Source: a virus
Taxonomy: Duplodnaviria; Caudoviricetes
Virus record (IMG/VR): IMGVR_UViG_3300021430_000575
Location: 19,401 to 83,400 of that record
DNA: 64,000 nt
Direction: 5' to 3' (one strand)
Positions within the stretch are counted from its first letter, which is position 1, and each line of letters begins with the position of its first letter. This document shows positions 43,287 to 59,846 of the stretch, piece after piece. The notes under the pieces were generated by a model. That model made no database searches and had not been told where the DNA came from. It was given only the letters and a program-made list of their open reading frames with translations. Position numbers and translations under genes: made by a program.

Positions 43287-44135
43287 TTATAGATATTTTA
43301 GAATAGCCAACGATAGAATACCCTGGCGATCCACCTGCAGCACCAGAAAATGCGTAATTATAAACATCTGGAACATTGCTAAATCCAGATAACCCTGCTG
43401 ATCCTGCTTGTGCCCAGGTACCACCGTTTCCGCCATTTCCTCCATATGTTGGAAAACCACTAACATAGCCGCCAGGTCCACCTGCTCCTGCCCCAAGTGT
43501 AGTACCATTGTTTCCGGGTCCTAAAGTATACGGAGCTCCGGCATAATATGCCGGTCCAACAAAATCTTCGTAACCGACTCCACAAGGTCCGCCGGTGCCA
43601 CCAATGTTTCCTTGGCCACCTCCGCCACCGCCACCTCCAGGATAAACAACTGAATTGCCATACGTACCCGGATCACCACCATATTCGTATCCAGCAGCGC
43701 CGCCGCCACCGCCGCCACCGCCACCTGCGCGAATAGTACCAACATTGTTTAATTTAAATACAAATCCGCTTACTGCATTAGCATTTAGTGCGTTACCTCC
43801 TGTAGAACCTTGTGCTGCAGGATACCAAGAATATGGATTGTCTGGTCTGCCACGACCACCAGTTCCGCCTGCACCACCAGCGCCACTAATATAACCGTTG
43901 TTAGTTAGAGTAACTATAGAACCTGCAGGAAATGTACCCACTGTTAGACCATAATTAGAGGTATTAGATGCATAACAATCTATACCTGAATTAATTGTAG
44001 CTTCTACGTGTCCATAGCCTGAATAACCAGCGGCATTTGCCAGAGTTCTAAGATTTGCATTTATTTGGTTGGTTGAAATTGTAAATTTAAATACTTTAGC
44101 AGCCGCTAAGCTTGCTCTAGCAACACCCATGACCA

Positions 44136-44136
<1 letters not shown>
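43249..44136 (-). CDS. Glycine-rich virion/fibre protein
   Basis: NNGYISGAGGAGG...GGGGGGG stretches; likely start at ATG 44136 (TAATG overlap) or 44130. Confidence 0.75.
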
Positions 44137-47895
<3,759 letters not shown>

Positions 47896-47965
47896 TGATT
47901 TATTTATACAATTTCATTCAATAGAATTATTAAATTTTTACTGTAAATGAGCAAAATGATAACAA

Positions 47966-48307
47966 TTATTGATTTGCTGTTTCTAAAATACTGGCAATGA
48001 ATTCTAGCTCATTATTTCCTTGAGCTTGTATTAACAGCCTGTCTCCAGTTTGAAGAACAAGTTTACCACCAAGTAGTATACGTGCATCATTATTTGGGAC
48101 TGATATCTCTTTGACAATAACTGTTTCAACATTGTCGTTCTGACTATAGTGCTTAAAAGTTACCCATGATGAATTTTCAATAATATTGGCCACTTGTGCC
48201 ATCAATACTATGCTTGTAATTCCTAGAGGTGTTTCATAAACACTAGTCGATGTATCAGTTACATCGGCTCTAACTGTTTTAAACGTATTAAGTGGTAAAC
48301 CTGCCAT
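47966..48307 (-). CDS. Small hypothetical virion-associated protein
   Basis: 113-aa ORF within the structural operon. Confidence 0.7.
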   Translation of the reverse strand: MAGLPLNTFKTVRADVTDTSTSVYETPLGITSIVLMAQVANIIENSSWVTFKHYSQNDNVETVIVKEISVPNNDARILLGGKLVLQTGDRLLIQAQGNNELEFIASILETANQ

Positions 48308-48312
48308 TTTTA

Positions 48313-51300
48313 TTATCCTTCAAGTGCTAATATATAAGGTGTCATAATTGCGAACAAGCTCTTCTGGAAAGTACGTCCGCTTAATGTACCTGTGTTTTGA
48401 TTAATTACCAGTTCATCGCCAATTCTAAAATTACCTAGATGATCTGTACTTGTATATGCTACACGTCCTCCTCTAGTAGTAACTACTTCATTTTCTTGTA
48501 TAGGAACACCTCCGCGTGCTGGTATACAAAAAGCAATATCAGTTCCAGATCCAATATATTCCATACAATGAGAACTTGCAATAATTCTACTTACTTGATA
48601 GAACTGGAAAGTTGAATCATCATCTGGGACAAAAGGTAATCTCTGATCAATTTCTATACGTGTATTACCAGAGTTATCTGGTTCATCAGCTGCAATGATA
48701 TCATAATATATAGGATATCCAATAGCAGTTGCAGTTGCTTGTGTACCAGAAATAGGTGGATCTATAGTAATAAATGTTCCATACACATTATCTATTTGAT
48801 TTTGTGTAAACATACTGCCACTTACTACAAGTTCAACAGCTTCTAATTGTCCAGCATCATTGATAACTGCGGATGCTTGCGCTTCAAACCCTCCAGATGC
48901 TACATTAGGCTTCTTGAAATTAACCTTTGGAGGATTTGCCTTACTATAGCCAGATCCTGGATTGTTCACTTCAATTCGTTCTAGAATAAAGAATTGCTGA
49001 GCTTTTTCTGTTACTGGACCAGAATCAGTATCAAATGTTAGATTTTTACTGATGGTTATTACTTGTCCTACATAAGGTCTCTTATAGTTATTAGGAGTAG
49101 TTGAATATTCATATTGAGGTAAACCTTGAATATAGAATATACTTGGACCTTGCGACGCAGACGGTATTAGGGAAGCATTAATCAAGCATTCATATTGCAT
49201 TTCGCTAAGGCCGTCTGCCCATAGTGCGTAATTACCAAAATCTGTGTTACTATTGGTAATAGAACATGTTCCTCCACTTTCACACAATACACCAATATTA
49301 CAGCAAATTTCAAAGATAGATACCAGCTGTGCATAACCACCTTCTTTGATAACTATTCCTTTACCACCTGCTTGTAGTGCAGCTATATCTACGTTAGTAC
49401 CTTGTGGTGGATTTGGTACGTAGCTAATCTCATTGTACTGAGTAAAGGCATCAAGAACCATGCTGCTTAGACCTTGACCTTGATATGGTCTTGTTGATCC
49501 AGGTGGTACAAATATTGTTGGTCTTGCCCAGCTTTGGAAATTAAACGGACCAAAGTAGTTTCCGCCGACACTGTCGCTGAGGTTAATAAGCCATGCTGCT
49601 TGTCCTTGCCATGTTGTGCTGATAACTGAGCTTACATCAACTGTTCCACAGAGATAAATTGGTGTCTTGTTAGTTACCTCACTGGTTAACAGGCTAATAA
49701 TTAAACTAATCAAATCATCACAGTAGTCTGCAGCTATATTACCATCTACAAGTCCTGGGTTAATTATTTGAGATGGACCTCCAGAATAATCTGGTGTTAT
49801 TAGATTATTTGAAATAATATCTGGAATTAAATTCTTAATGTAACCAACTGTATCAGCTAACTCTGTAGATAATTCATAAAGAACAGGTTTCTTACCAAAT
49901 GCTCCAGATTGATAATCCATACCAGTTACTATATCTCCAGCAACTGCAGATATTACTTCCACTATTTGATCACCTAAGAATTGATCCTGTGGATACAGCT
50001 GAGCAATTGCATACTGCTGTGCTTGATATGTTAGGAATGGTATATTATCCAGTAACAATAAGTTAGCATTGATAATACCTTTAGCAACTAACGTTCCGGT
50101 GTTTTCACCATATGATATTACATTATTAATTAAGTTAGTTGCTGCAGAAATTTGACCCAGTGCAGCGACTCCATAATATTCAAAATTAACATCTTGCGGA
50201 ATTATATTCTGCATAGGATTGCTAACCGTATTATTCGTAACCACAGAATCAATAACTGTAGACAGATAACTTATCATGTCTTGCGTTTCTCCTCTGCGGT
50301 TATAAATCAACAACTCTGATCCTTGCCAATAAGATCTTGCAAATGCCAATGTTTTAGACCATCCGCCTGCGGCAACATCCGATACCAATGCTGATATCAT
50401 GCTGTTAATTTCTCTACTGAGCTCAGACAGAGGAAATGCTAGATTTGGATATGTTAGGTTCATATATGCCATGCCTTCGGCGAGTATAAAGCTACGATTC
50501 AAGTTAATTAGCGTAACAGCATCAAAATATGAAATATTACGAGCATATGGTTCTGTACTAATAATAGAAATTATTAAATCCATATTTTGATTTACAATAT
50601 CTTCTGCAACATTGCCATTTGTTAAGTCTAGGTCAATAACTTGTGATTGTGATATTTGATTTGGAGTTACCACTTGATTATTAATAATTTGAACTGCTAT
50701 ATCTTTAAGATATTCAAGAGCGCTTATAGTTGGTGCTCTATCATCATCAAATGGGAATGATCCATAATAATATGCGTTACCTGCGGCAACTGATTCAGTA
50801 AATGTACCATTTATAATATCAACACCTAGGCAATTAATAATATATCCAACGTCTCGAGAACATTTGGCTTGTTTACCTAGATTCCAATCTGGAGGAGGTG
50901 CATTTGCGGTAACCCATGCCACTACCTGAGCTGCCATAAACGGAATGTTATTAACTAATAAATCTCTTGCATTTGACAGTGGGATAACTGGTGACGAATC
51001 AGTTGGTCCTAGTTTTATAATGTTAGAAATAGTGTCAAGACTTGTGTTTACACGTCCTGTTGCAATACCACCGTCTGTGGATAATGTTATCACTTGTGGT
51101 TCACTTGAATATGTAGTTGGAACAGGTTGATTTTCTATAATATAAGCAGCATCAGTTTTAATTAATTCTATTGCTGATAAAGTTTGTGTAATTTCTCCTG
51201 CTACTGCGTTAACTGCACCTGTCCAATATGAACGACCAGCTTCTGTTGCAGATGCATTGCCGCCCCAGTAGACATCTTGTATAACATAATCAACTATTAA

Positions 51301-54198
51301 ACCTACATCTCGTTTACACTTATCACTGTTATAGATAAATGATGGATACTCGGCAGTAATGTATGCTATAACCTCCTCCTGCAGGAAGGTTTTATTCTGC
51401 AGCAATAGTTGATATGCACTAGAATACCCAGATGGTCTATTTGATTTATATGGTTTAAAATAATTTAAATTGTTGTTCAAATTGTATGATTTTGAATTAT
51501 TAATCATGCCCGTAACAATATCAAAACTATCGCTGATAGTAGTTGAAGCTACTTCACCACCGGCCAAATTATAGTTAATATATTGTGATTCAGCAGTTTG
51601 ATATGGCAGCGGAGTTTGAAGATTTGCGGCTACATTTATCGCTAACAACTTGGTGTATGCCAATGCTTCGGTTAACTGATCGGTGATTCCTGAGAAATAG
51701 AAGGCACCATCAATGAAATAATCAAGCATGGTATTAACTGTTCCGGCATGTCCGGCATTCAGTACATCTTTTACAACACCGTCAACAACATTGAAAACAA
51801 ATCCAGTTATTTCATCACTGTTAACTGTAACATTTGGGTATGAATCTGTTATATAATTAAGAGTTTCTGTTGCAATCCAAGATTTATTAATCTTTAGAAG
51901 TTCTGCAGCATTGCCAAACATATCAACTTCGGTTCCATTCATAATCATAAAACCAATTATATCAGAACTTGTAGTTATTGAGCTACTGACAATATTACCA
52001 TTTGCAACCGATGGATAAATTTTCTGTGGAACAATGCCATATGCAGTAACTGGTTGATTTTCGATAATTTGTAGGCAAAGTTCTTTCATGTAATCAATTG
52101 CATTACGTGTTTCATTTTGTTCGCCTGGTACTCTTGTTGTAGCACCATTCCAATATGCACGACCTGCAGCAAAAGAAGCTGTTCTACTACCATCCATAAA
52201 ATCACTGATCATGCATTCAAGTATTAGACCAACGTCTCTACGGCAAATATCACTTACATATTGAGAACCAAAACTACGTTCAATATACGCCATGGTTTCT
52301 TCTTGAATGAAAGTTTTGTTAGCTTCTAGAAGGGTCTGTGCATCTGTTAATCCAGGATCAGTTAATGCCCAACCACCTGGTAAGTTAACGTCAAGATCTG
52401 GAGCATATTGATCAAGCACAATAACACTACTGTCGGTAACAACATTAGCAATATTTGGAACACTAAGGCTGTTTAAAATATTTCCATCGAGTTGTATACT
52501 CCATGCATCTGCTCCATCAAATGTTGTAGTAGAACTAACTGAGACAACATTTACTGGTGTTCCAACTACACCAGATTGTAGTAACCATGCAGGGAACGCA
52601 GTTGATGTTCCGAACATTTCTGATCCCAGTGTTGGATGAATATCTTTAAGTATAATACCTGTATCATTACCGTCGACAGTGTTAAATCTTGGTACAGCAA
52701 TATTTGCCTGACTTGAAGTAGAAAGCTTGCGGCCTCGTTTACCATCAACAATCATGCCTGAACCGGCCTGTGTACCTTCATTTACATTTCCAAGGCTGAC
52801 ACTGGTACAATTCTGTACATACGGACTGGCCCAATCATGCAAGTCGTTGATTACAGCAACACCATCTTGTGGAAATTGTACAACTGCTGCAGGATGAATA
52901 TGTCCTCTAAAAGACATACCACATAGATATGTTTTTGGATTTAACCAGAATATATCAGCTCGTGGATTTTGAGGAATTACTGTCACAGTTCTGAGATTGT
53001 CACCTACAACACTGATTCCGCTGTGTATAACTACAGGGTTAGGTTCTGTATATTCACCGGATCTAACAAATATTGTTGCATATACCCATCCACGATATCT
53101 AATCATGTTAGCCGCAACCGCAGCAGCCGACGCTATAGTCCTTTTAGCACGGTCTTCTGTTAACCCATCGTTGCTGTCATCGCCATCTACGGTAACATAC
53201 ATAACACCAGTAACATATGGAGCAGTACCTAGAGTTTTTCCTGTTACTTCAAAATCACTATCGACTAATACTTTACCTATTCCGTCACCGCCTTTCAGGG
53301 TAACATTTTTATTAGCTAGCACATTACGAATAAGGTCGTTAGCGATAGATAAATTATGGCTTCTTAGAGCAGAACTGTGTAAAGTAGATCCATCCCATAT
53401 TAGATTTGGTGACCCGCCAAAGTTAAATCCATCTAGGTTAAACTGCACAGCTTGTATTGGAGGAGCTGGTTCTGCTGCTCGACCTGTTGGCCCCGTCGGT
53501 CCTGTTGGCCCTGTTACACCTGTTGGACCTGTCGGTCCTGTTGGGCCTGTTGGACCTGTTACACCTGTTGGACCTGTTGGCCCCGTTGGACCTGTTGGCC
53601 CTGTTGGGCCCGTCGGACCAGTTTCTCCTGTTGGACCTGTTGGGCCTGTTGGACCTGTTGGTCCTGTTACACCAGTTGGACCAGGAATACCAGGCATACC
53701 TATTGGTCCAACTGGACCTGGCATACCACGTTTACCTTCTGGACCTGGAGGCCCTCCATTTGGTCCAGTTGCGCCGGTAGATCCTTGTACTTGTACCCAA
53801 CCAGCATTAGTATAAACTTCAAGCAAATTAGTATCTCTATTATAACGTAGTGCACCATAATTTGCAGGAGAGTTTACAACACTAGGACGTTGCGCTGTAC
53901 GTCCAGATGGAATTTGTACAGCACCAGTACCTGGTAACGTTAAAATATGTGTGTCATCAGATGTTTGAATATTGGTAGTAAGAGTAGTAATTGGTCCTTC
54001 TATTACAGTTGGAACCGACGTATAGATGGGACCTGTTAAAGAAATAGACTGATTTTGCAAGCTTGATATTTCAACATTAGCGGTTGCTAATGCAGTTTTA
54101 ATTGCAGCAAAATTATCACGAAATCCCTGAGAATCATTGTTTTGATCTGATTCAGGAAAATTAGGATTAATTGTGTTTGGGTCAATATCTGATGCCAT
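48313..54198 (-). CDS. Large virion protein with collagen segment and beta-helix-like region (1961 aa)
   Basis: N-terminus shared with 15570..16793; GPT repeats; [12 protein letters not shown]...KRTIASA...VRSGEYTE...[11 protein letters not shown] resembles the start of pectin-lyase-like folds; repeated KC.RDVG.I helical units. Confidence 0.8.
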   Translation of the reverse strand: MASDIDPNTINPNFPESDQNNDSQGFRDNFAAIKTALATANVEISSLQNQSISLTGPIYTSVPTVIEGPITTLTTNIQTSDDTHILTLPGTGAVQIPSGRTAQRPSVVNSPANYGALRYNRDTNLLEVYTNAGWVQVQGSTGATGPNGGPPGPEGKRGMPGPVGPIGMPGIPGPTGVTGPTGPTGPTGPTGETGPTGPTGPTGPTGPTGPTGVTGPTGPTGPTGPTGVTGPTGPTGPTGRAAEPAPPIQAVQFNLDGFNFGGSPNLIWDGSTLHSSALRSHNLSIANDLIRNVLANKNVTLKGGDGIGKVLVDSDFEVTGKTLGTAPYVTGVMYVTVDGDDSNDGLTEDRAKRTIASAAAVAANMIRYRGWVYATIFVRSGEYTEPNPVVIHSGISVVGDNLRTVTVIPQNPRADIFWLNPKTYLCGMSFRGHIHPAAVVQFPQDGVAVINDLHDWASPYVQNCTSVSLGNVNEGTQAGSGMIVDGKRGRKLSTSSQANIAVPRFNTVDGNDTGIILKDIHPTLGSEMFGTSTAFPAWLLQSGVVGTPVNVVSVSSTTTFDGADAWSIQLDGNILNSLSVPNIANVVTDSSVIVLDQYAPDLDVNLPGGWALTDPGLTDAQTLLEANKTFIQEETMAYIERSFGSQYVSDICRRDVGLILECMISDFMDGSRTASFAAGRAYWNGATTRVPGEQNETRNAIDYMKELCLQIIENQPVTAYGIVPQKIYPSVANGNIVSSSITTSSDIIGFMIMNGTEVDMFGNAAELLKINKSWIATETLNYITDSYPNVTVNSDEITGFVFNVVDGVVKDVLNAGHAGTVNTMLDYFIDGAFYFSGITDQLTEALAYTKLLAINVAANLQTPLPYQTAESQYINYNLAGGEVASTTISDSFDIVTGMINNSKSYNLNNNLNYFKPYKSNRPSGYSSAYQLLLQNKTFLQEEVIAYITAEYPSFIYNSDKCKRDVGLIVDYVIQDVYWGGNASATEAGRSYWTGAVNAVAGEITQTLSAIELIKTDAAYIIENQPVPTTYSSEPQVITLSTDGGIATGRVNTSLDTISNIIKLGPTDSSPVIPLSNARDLLVNNIPFMAAQVVAWVTANAPPPDWNLGKQAKCSRDVGYIINCLGVDIINGTFTESVAAGNAYYYGSFPFDDDRAPTISALEYLKDIAVQIINNQVVTPNQISQSQVIDLDLTNGNVAEDIVNQNMDLIISIISTEPYARNISYFDAVTLINLNRSFILAEGMAYMNLTYPNLAFPLSELSREINSMISALVSDVAAGGWSKTLAFARSYWQGSELLIYNRRGETQDMISYLSTVIDSVVTNNTVSNPMQNIIPQDVNFEYYGVAALGQISAATNLINNVISYGENTGTLVAKGIINANLLLLDNIPFLTYQAQQYAIAQLYPQDQFLGDQIVEVISAVAGDIVTGMDYQSGAFGKKPVLYELSTELADTVGYIKNLIPDIISNNLITPDYSGGPSQIINPGLVDGNIAADYCDDLISLIISLLTSEVTNKTPIYLCGTVDVSSVISTTWQGQAAWLINLSDSVGGNYFGPFNFQSWARPTIFVPPGSTRPYQGQGLSSMVLDAFTQYNEISYVPNPPQGTNVDIAALQAGGKGIVIKEGGYAQLVSIFEICCNIGVLCESGGTCSITNSNTDFGNYALWADGLSEMQYECLINASLIPSASQGPSIFYIQGLPQYEYSTTPNNYKRPYVGQVITISKNLTFDTDSGPVTEKAQQFFILERIEVNNPGSGYSKANPPKVNFKKPNVASGGFEAQASAVINDAGQLEAVELVVSGSMFTQNQIDNVYGTFITIDPPISGTQATATAIGYPIYYDIIAADEPDNSGNTRIEIDQRLPFVPDDDSTFQFYQVSRIIASSHCMEYIGSGTDIAFCIPARGGVPIQENEVVTTRGGRVAYTSTDHLGNFRIGDELVINQNTGTLSGRTFQKSLFAIMTPYILALEG
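53469..53787 (-). repeat. GPT collagen repeat tract
   Basis: About 100 aa of G-P-T/G-X-Y triplets. Confidence 0.85.
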
Positions 54199-54342
54199 AT
54201 GAAATTCACTTAAAAGTTAACTATTTCATATTTATGATTTGCGAATTATATAAGCTATCCAAAAAATCCTATTTTCAATGTACTTGGTGAATATTTTTAA
54301 TTCGTCTTATAAATATCTGTGAACCTTTATAAGGAGGATCAG

Positions 54343-55092
54343 TTGAGTAAGAAAAGCCATCGCTTTCACGGTAAGGCAGATAATACCGCACATAATTACA
54401 ATTCAAGAGAAAATATCGTAGATATCAACAGTTTTAGAAAACCAAGTCTACAAAAAGTTAAATTACTACCAAAAAATCTTTCACAAGAAGCATATATAGA
54501 AGCGCTAGAAGACAACAAAAAACACATTGTTTTTGGTATAGGGCCCGCAGGTACGGGAAAAACTTTTATTAGCACATTATACGCAATACAAGGGTTAAAG
54601 GAAGGAATATACAATAAAATTGTAATAGTTCGTCCTAACATAGCGGTAGACGATAGGGATATTGGATTTCTACCTGGTAGCATACTAGATAAAATGGCAC
54701 CGTGGACCCGACCAATTATTGAAATTTTCGAAGAATATTTCTCTGTAAAAGATATCAAATATATGATTGAAAACAATATAATAGAAATTTTACCATTAGC
54801 ACATATACGAGGTCGTACATTAAAAAAATCTGTTATTATTTTAGACGAAGCTCAAAATACAACTAAATCAAGTATGATGAGCTGCCTAACAAGAATAGGC
54901 GATGATAGTAAGTTGATAATTACCGGTGACATGAACCAAAGCGACAGAGGTTATAAAAACGGTCTATCTGACTTTTTAAATAGATATACCACTAGCCAGA
55001 ACATTTGCATTTGTAAATTTGGTAAAAATGATGTTGAGAGACATCCAGTAATAGATGAAATATTAAAAATGTACGACGAGTTAAATACTTAA
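54343..55092 (+). CDS. phoH: PhoH-like ATPase
   Basis: GPAGTGKT, IGFLPG, IRGRTL, ILDEAQN, TGD..QSD, VERH; probable TTG start after AAGGAGG; TATAAATA at 54308-54315. Confidence 0.9.
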   Translation: MSKKSHRFHGKADNTAHNYNSRENIVDINSFRKPSLQKVKLLPKNLSQEAYIEALEDNKKHIVFGIGPAGTGKTFISTLYAIQGLKEGIYNKIVIVRPNIAVDDRDIGFLPGSILDKMAPWTRPIIEIFEEYFSVKDIKYMIENNIIEILPLAHIRGRTLKKSVIILDEAQNTTKSSMMSCLTRIGDDSKLIITGDMNQSDRGYKNGLSDFLNRYTTSQNICICKFGKNDVERHPVIDEILKMYDELNT

Positions 55093-55171
55093 TAATTTAA
55101 AAAAGATTTTTCGTCAATGAATACTTATTAATTTTTCAAAGACAGTAACAGAAAGATAATATTTCTATATA

Positions 55172-55204
55172 TTCCGCTGTACCGTATGGTATCAGCGGAA
55201 TTTT
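55172..55204 (+). terminator. Possible terminator between convergent genes
   Basis: TTCCGCTG-TACC-GTAT-GGTA-T-CAGCGGAA then TTTT. Confidence 0.45.
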
Positions 55205-55285
55205 CTGAGTATATTCATTATATATTGGTATTTTATGATTTACATGTGGTTTAAGAAATAATATTATAACTGATTCTTTAAGAAT

Positions 55286-56326
55286 TTATGATAACGACCG
55301 AATTATACCAAATCCTAAATCTTTCCATGGTTTGTTTATCCAGCTAGCTGGTAATTTTGATCTATTCACTAACCAACTAGATACAAGTTCTGTGTTTTGA
55401 TTACAATATTTTTTGATATTTAGGAACCTTCCAGTTTTTCTATAGTAATCTTCCTTACATCGAACTATTCCTATATCTGTATTATATAATACATTTTGTT
55501 TCAAATTTGGTCGCAACCAATAAACATTTTCATTGTATTCCTTCAGAGTTAAAATACCTGTCTCTTTTGTTATAAAATGTTTACACGTTAATTTTCTTTC
55601 TTCGTCCATTGTATTTTGAATAAAACCCGGCGGAACTTGATCTATATTTTTTAATATTATCTTCTTTCCGGTTTTAATATTAATATATGCAATATTAACT
55701 ACGGGTTCTCTAAACCAAATTGTAGGATCATATTGTTGTCCCTTATCCCATTGAATTTGCCCGTCTATTGAAAATAATTGTTTGAATGGTCGTCTACCTT
55801 TTGTAAATCCATGAGGAATTTGTGTTAAATTTTTATCTAACATAATTTCAGTATCTGTAACAGAGTTATAATAACGTATCTTATTTTTTGTATTACTTTT
55901 ACCTAACCCAATACTCCATCCTACTGGAATTTTATCAGCTTTAAATATTCTTTTTGTTTCTTTTGTTTTTATATTATATATGAATATGGTGTTTGTCATA
56001 TACGTACTATGCATTGAATATAATTCTTTTTTAATTTTACTATATAACCTTGATGTTATGCGCCTACGTTTCTGATATTTGTTTGAAACCATCATCATAT
56101 TAAATGCATAAAATAACTTAGGCTCATTTGGGTAAATCTTACATAATAATAGATGAGAAATAAAATGAGCTTTTAATGGCAACTTAACAAGATTTGATTT
56201 CTCATCAGAACCACCTAAACATTTTGGTATAATATGATGAGTTTCTAAATACTGGTTAAAATCTTGATAATTTTTACTAACGATGTTGTTATAAATTCTA
56301 AGATAGTTCATATAATATTTATGCAA
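55286..56326 (-). CDS. HNH homing endonuclease
   Basis: ETHHIIPKCLGGSDEKSNLVKLPLKAHFISHLLL; repeated IP.G(W/F)..G units. Confidence 0.85.
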   Translation of the reverse strand: MHKYYMNYLRIYNNIVSKNYQDFNQYLETHHIIPKCLGGSDEKSNLVKLPLKAHFISHLLLCKIYPNEPKLFYAFNMMMVSNKYQKRRRITSRLYSKIKKELYSMHSTYMTNTIFIYNIKTKETKRIFKADKIPVGWSIGLGKSNTKNKIRYYNSVTDTEIMLDKNLTQIPHGFTKGRRPFKQLFSIDGQIQWDKGQQYDPTIWFREPVVNIAYINIKTGKKIILKNIDQVPPGFIQNTMDEERKLTCKHFITKETGILTLKEYNENVYWLRPNLKQNVLYNTDIGIVRCKEDYYRKTGRFLNIKKYCNQNTELVSSWLVNRSKLPASWINKPWKDLGFGIIRSLS

Positions 56327-56470
56327 ACTAATCGCAAATTAAAATAAAAATGATTAAATTGAGGTCAGTAAAGGATATATTAACTTCAATAATAGAGATG
56401 TCGAAAGACACCCTATTATTGAAGATATATTATCTATGTATAAAAAATCGTAATAATTGTTTATTAAAAG

Positions 56471-56502
56471 TACACTGGGAAAGCTAGGTTTTTCCCAGTG
56501 TA
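56471..56502. other. Perfect 12-bp inverted repeat in divergent intergenic region
   Basis: TACACTGGGAAA / TTTCCCAGTGTA. Confidence 0.6.
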
Positions 56503-56551
56503 TTAACATTTCTCAGATAACAAATAAACAGATTTTTGTATAAATACCATT

Positions 56552-57055
56552 ATGAACAAAATAGAAATAGATCAGAACGTTGTTAAACGTCTGTCAGATA
56601 GCCCTGATTTAGTAGATGTAATGATTAACATTGAAGATTATCTAGATCGATCTAACATCTATGTTTTTAAAAACTGGATAGATGGCGAACTAGTAGAAGG
56701 GCCTCACATAGAACCATACTGGGTTAAGGTAGTTTTCAAGTGGGATTATCATAACATGCCAGATCCAGAAGGTGGTCTAAGATTGTTACCACACGGAACT
56801 AAAATATTTTATAAAAAAGATAAAGAAATGGTTCCACAACCCATTAAAGAACCCAGTGACTACGAACCTGGTACCCACAAGCCAAAAATAAAGCCTAAAA
56901 AAGTATGGTTGGTAACACTTCTAATCCCGCGGCGTTTCTTAGAAGATATTGAAGATGAAGTACTTGATCTGTATGGTTCAAAAACAGATAACAAAGAACT
57001 TGAAAACCTAGTATCAACTAATTCAGAAAATCAAGGGTCTACAAATGATCAATAA
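56552..57055 (+). CDS. Hypothetical phage protein
   Basis: 167-aa ORF; TATAAATA 5 nt upstream of ATG. Confidence 0.8.
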   Translation: MNKIEIDQNVVKRLSDSPDLVDVMINIEDYLDRSNIYVFKNWIDGELVEGPHIEPYWVKVVFKWDYHNMPDPEGGLRLLPHGTKIFYKKDKEMVPQPIKEPSDYEPGTHKPKIKPKKVWLVTLLIPRRFLEDIEDEVLDLYGSKTDNKELENLVSTNSENQGSTNDQ

Positions 57056-57782
57056 TATATCAGAAGGATTAACTGCTAACTCTCTTGAGCATTTAGTATT
57101 ACCAATTATCAGCGTAGATGAGTTTGAATCAAAAATTGACGATAATCGTTGCATTGTGGTAGGATTTTATGTAATGGATCGTGACCCAGCAGAAGATTTA
57201 TCTACGTTTATAGATACCAGCAGTCGAAAAGTATTAGATACTGAAGTTAGTCCTGCTCCAACTCCGGACGGATACTATATGGTATTTGTTGAATTTAGAC
57301 GTAATTCTTTTTTTCCTGCAAACTTAATACAAATTTTAAAGTTAATTAAAAATCTCTGTGATATTAATCTGGATAGATGGCAAATGAAATGCATCGGGCA
57401 TGACAGATTGCTACAGGTAAACGAAGAAGAAATAAAAGAAAATATCATACTTGATGAAAATGATCTTCCAGATATAGAAGAAAAAGAACCCGAAGAAAAC
57501 GAATCTAAAAAAGAAGAGATCAAAGAATTCTGGAAATATGCAACAGTTGACCAAATAGAGATAGACGAGTCACAGTTAGTGCTTGTCAAAAATGGACAAC
57601 AATATGCGTATGAATTAATTGATAAACCAGTATCAGGTCCTCTCAACTTAATTGAGACCCAGCAAGTAAATGCCTTACAACATCTTCTAGGACCGAGCTA
57701 TAATGTTTGGGCAATAGACAAGAACCTTGCAGTTGAATTAGACAACAAAATTCAAGTTCTAAAAATTAAACAGTTGACATAG
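57045..57782 (+). CDS. Hypothetical phage protein
   Basis: 245-aa ORF overlapping the previous stop. Confidence 0.8.
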   Translation: MINNISEGLTANSLEHLVLPIISVDEFESKIDDNRCIVVGFYVMDRDPAEDLSTFIDTSSRKVLDTEVSPAPTPDGYYMVFVEFRRNSFFPANLIQILKLIKNLCDINLDRWQMKCIGHDRLLQVNEEEIKENIILDENDLPDIEEKEPEENESKKEEIKEFWKYATVDQIEIDESQLVLVKNGQQYAYELIDKPVSGPLNLIETQQVNALQHLLGPSYNVWAIDKNLAVELDNKIQVLKIKQLT

Positions 57783-57801
57783 TATATTATTGCTGTATAT
57801 T
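57774..57801 (+). promoter_or_regulatory. sigma70-type promoter
   Basis: TTGACA, 16 nt, TATATT; ATG 6 nt downstream. Confidence 0.55.
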
Positions 57802-57807
57802 AGCAGC

Positions 57808-58443
57808 ATGCCAAATTATCCTAATATAAAAGAGTTGCGCAAAGAATCACTTGCTGCAAATAACTCTGCATTTAATGTTCACGATGATCTCAAGCACCTA
57901 AGTGTAGAAGAGCTAAAAGCTCTAAGTCAGACTGACCGACAGCCTTGGCATACTATGACTATAAATCTCACAGGTGACCTAAATGTTGGTACGATAATAC
58001 GCACAAGCCATCTGCTTGGTGCCAGCAGTGTACTGGTTGTCGGACGTAGTAAAGTTGACCGTCGCAGCATGGTTGGTGCTGAAAACTATATAGATGTAAA
58101 GCGGTATAACACCATGGAAGATGTTATAGAAATTAATGCTGAAAAGGTGTATAATATTCTTGTAGAACATAATCTTACTCCTATTTTTGTTGAAAACAAC
58201 GGAAAGGATCTAAGCAAGATTGATTGGAAATTTCGTTGCTCTGAAATGAAAAGATCTGGATCTGAACCCTGCCTAGTGATGGGGAATGAAACAGGGGGAA
58301 TCCCTGATTCAATTCTTGCATTAGAAAACGAATTCCCTCTTAGTTTTAAACTAAGTGTCCCGCAATTAGGTGTGATACGTTCTCTGAATGTTGCTGTAGC
58401 ACATGCTATCGTGGCTTATAACCTTAGTGAATCTTACAAATGA
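57808..58443 (+). CDS. SpoU/TrmH-family (SPOUT) RNA 2'-O-methyltransferase
   Basis: LTGDLNVGTIIRTSHLLG, LVMGNETGGIP, VPQLGVIRSLNVAVAHAIV SPOUT motifs 1-3. Confidence 0.85.
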   Translation: MPNYPNIKELRKESLAANNSAFNVHDDLKHLSVEELKALSQTDRQPWHTMTINLTGDLNVGTIIRTSHLLGASSVLVVGRSKVDRRSMVGAENYIDVKRYNTMEDVIEINAEKVYNILVEHNLTPIFVENNGKDLSKIDWKFRCSEMKRSGSEPCLVMGNETGGIPDSILALENEFPLSFKLSVPQLGVIRSLNVAVAHAIVAYNLSESYK

Positions 58444-58802
58444 GCACATATATTTTTAGAAATTATTATGGTTTAAACATACACGATCAATCAACAAAAT
58501 ATATTGGCGAATTTAACTTTGAAATTGAGATAAAAGATATTCCGCTAGATATCACCAGCGAATTTATTGATTTTTGTTCATCTACTTTTTCTGGCAACTT
58601 TGTTATTATAGAAGTTAAAGATAGAATCGTAGCAGGCGGATGGGGTGACAATTATTCTGCATGGAAAGATGGTAAATTTAGAGTAAACAAAAGATGGACA
58701 AACCCTGATATTAGTTATTCAATTTTTATTAGACTATATAACGACGACATGAAATTATTCAACTTGAGATATGCCGATGAAATTAAAAAACAAAATAAGT
58801 AA
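58440..58802 (+). CDS. Hypothetical protein
   Basis: 120-aa ORF, ATGA overlap. Confidence 0.7.
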   Translation: MSTYIFRNYYGLNIHDQSTKYIGEFNFEIEIKDIPLDITSEFIDFCSSTFSGNFVIIEVKDRIVAGGWGDNYSAWKDGKFRVNKRWTNPDISYSIFIRLYNDDMKLFNLRYADEIKKQNK

Positions 58803-59523
58803 TTGGTTAAATTTAAATAAGCCAGGTGCATTAACCTGGGATGGGTGGGATGAATGGCATAAAAAAACCAAGGCAGCTAAACCTATCCCGTATTTTATAA
58901 TGGAAACTATTCCGGACTGTTGGAATAGTTTTACCAAATATATAACCGACCCTTATAACAACTTTCGTTATTATATTAAAGCAAGATTTTTTGACAGATA
59001 TCATCTAATCAACACTAGATTGCCATACGGATATCATGAGACTGGCGAACGCATGATGTATGGCATGTTTTCATTGTTAGTTGACTATGTGGAAAAAGAT
59101 CTTGCATGGAAATCTGCAGTATTTTCAGAAGAACAGTATAGCAAATACCCATGGTGGTCCAGAGGCATTTTTCGTATCAAATCTTTTAGATGTGCCCAGA
59201 AAGGCGTTGAGCATCTTTTATGGGAAGCAACATTAGATCCACAATACTCCCAAGCAAAAACTGCCCAAGAAGTTTTAGATTTATATTTTTGGTGGACTAG
59301 GGTTAGACCACAGAGAATAGATCCATGGATCTTAAGTGGGTCCAAAGAATTTTACAAAGATAGTAAAATTGGAGATATTTTTTCAAATAAGAAAAGTGCC
59401 AACTATATAAAATTAGAACAAGAATATTCTGCTCGAAATTCGGAAATAGAACAAGAATATCTAGAGGAGGACAACCGTCAATTAGAAAGATTATTAAAAA
59501 TAAGAATGTTCTTATGGACGTAA
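58771..59523 (+). CDS. Hypothetical protein
   Basis: 250-aa ORF, Trp-rich. Confidence 0.75.
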   Translation: MPMKLKNKISNWLNLNKPGALTWDGWDEWHKKTKAAKPIPYFIMETIPDCWNSFTKYITDPYNNFRYYIKARFFDRYHLINTRLPYGYHETGERMMYGMFSLLVDYVEKDLAWKSAVFSEEQYSKYPWWSRGIFRIKSFRCAQKGVEHLLWEATLDPQYSQAKTAQEVLDLYFWWTRVRPQRIDPWILSGSKEFYKDSKIGDIFSNKKSANYIKLEQEYSARNSEIEQEYLEEDNRQLERLLKIRMFLWT

Positions 59524-59533
59524 AAATTAGCTG

Positions 59534-59561
59534 TTGACACAGATATAAACTGTGTTATACT
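59534..59561 (+). promoter_or_regulatory. sigma70-type promoter
   Basis: TTGACA, 16 nt, extended -10 TG-T-TATACT. Confidence 0.65.
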
Positions 59562-59592
59562 GCTCATACAGTATCAAAATGATATTGTATTT

Positions 59593-59826
59593 TTGTTAAC
59601 AACTATTGCAGGAGCAATATTAATTATGGATAGTAATCGTAAGCACGACATCGTTCAGCGTAAGTTTGATAGCAGGTGGATGGTTTGGTCGATGGTCGAC
59701 AGTCCCTTTGCTGATCTGGATTTGCACCGAAAGAGCGGGCTGCCAATTCCGCAGGTCTGGGTTCCTATTGCGGTGTGCTATACCGAGGAAGAGGCAAGGC
59801 GAGCTTCCAAGCGTAGTCGAATTTAA
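59593..59826 (+). CDS. Hypothetical protein
   Basis: Short ORF; likely start at the internal ATG (MDSNRK) after GGAG. Confidence 0.55.
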   Translation: MLTTIAGAILIMDSNRKHDIVQRKFDSRWMVWSMVDSPFADLDLHRKSGLPIPQVWVPIAVCYTEEEARRASKRSRI

Positions 59827-59846
59827 GTAGTTAAAAATGGGGAATA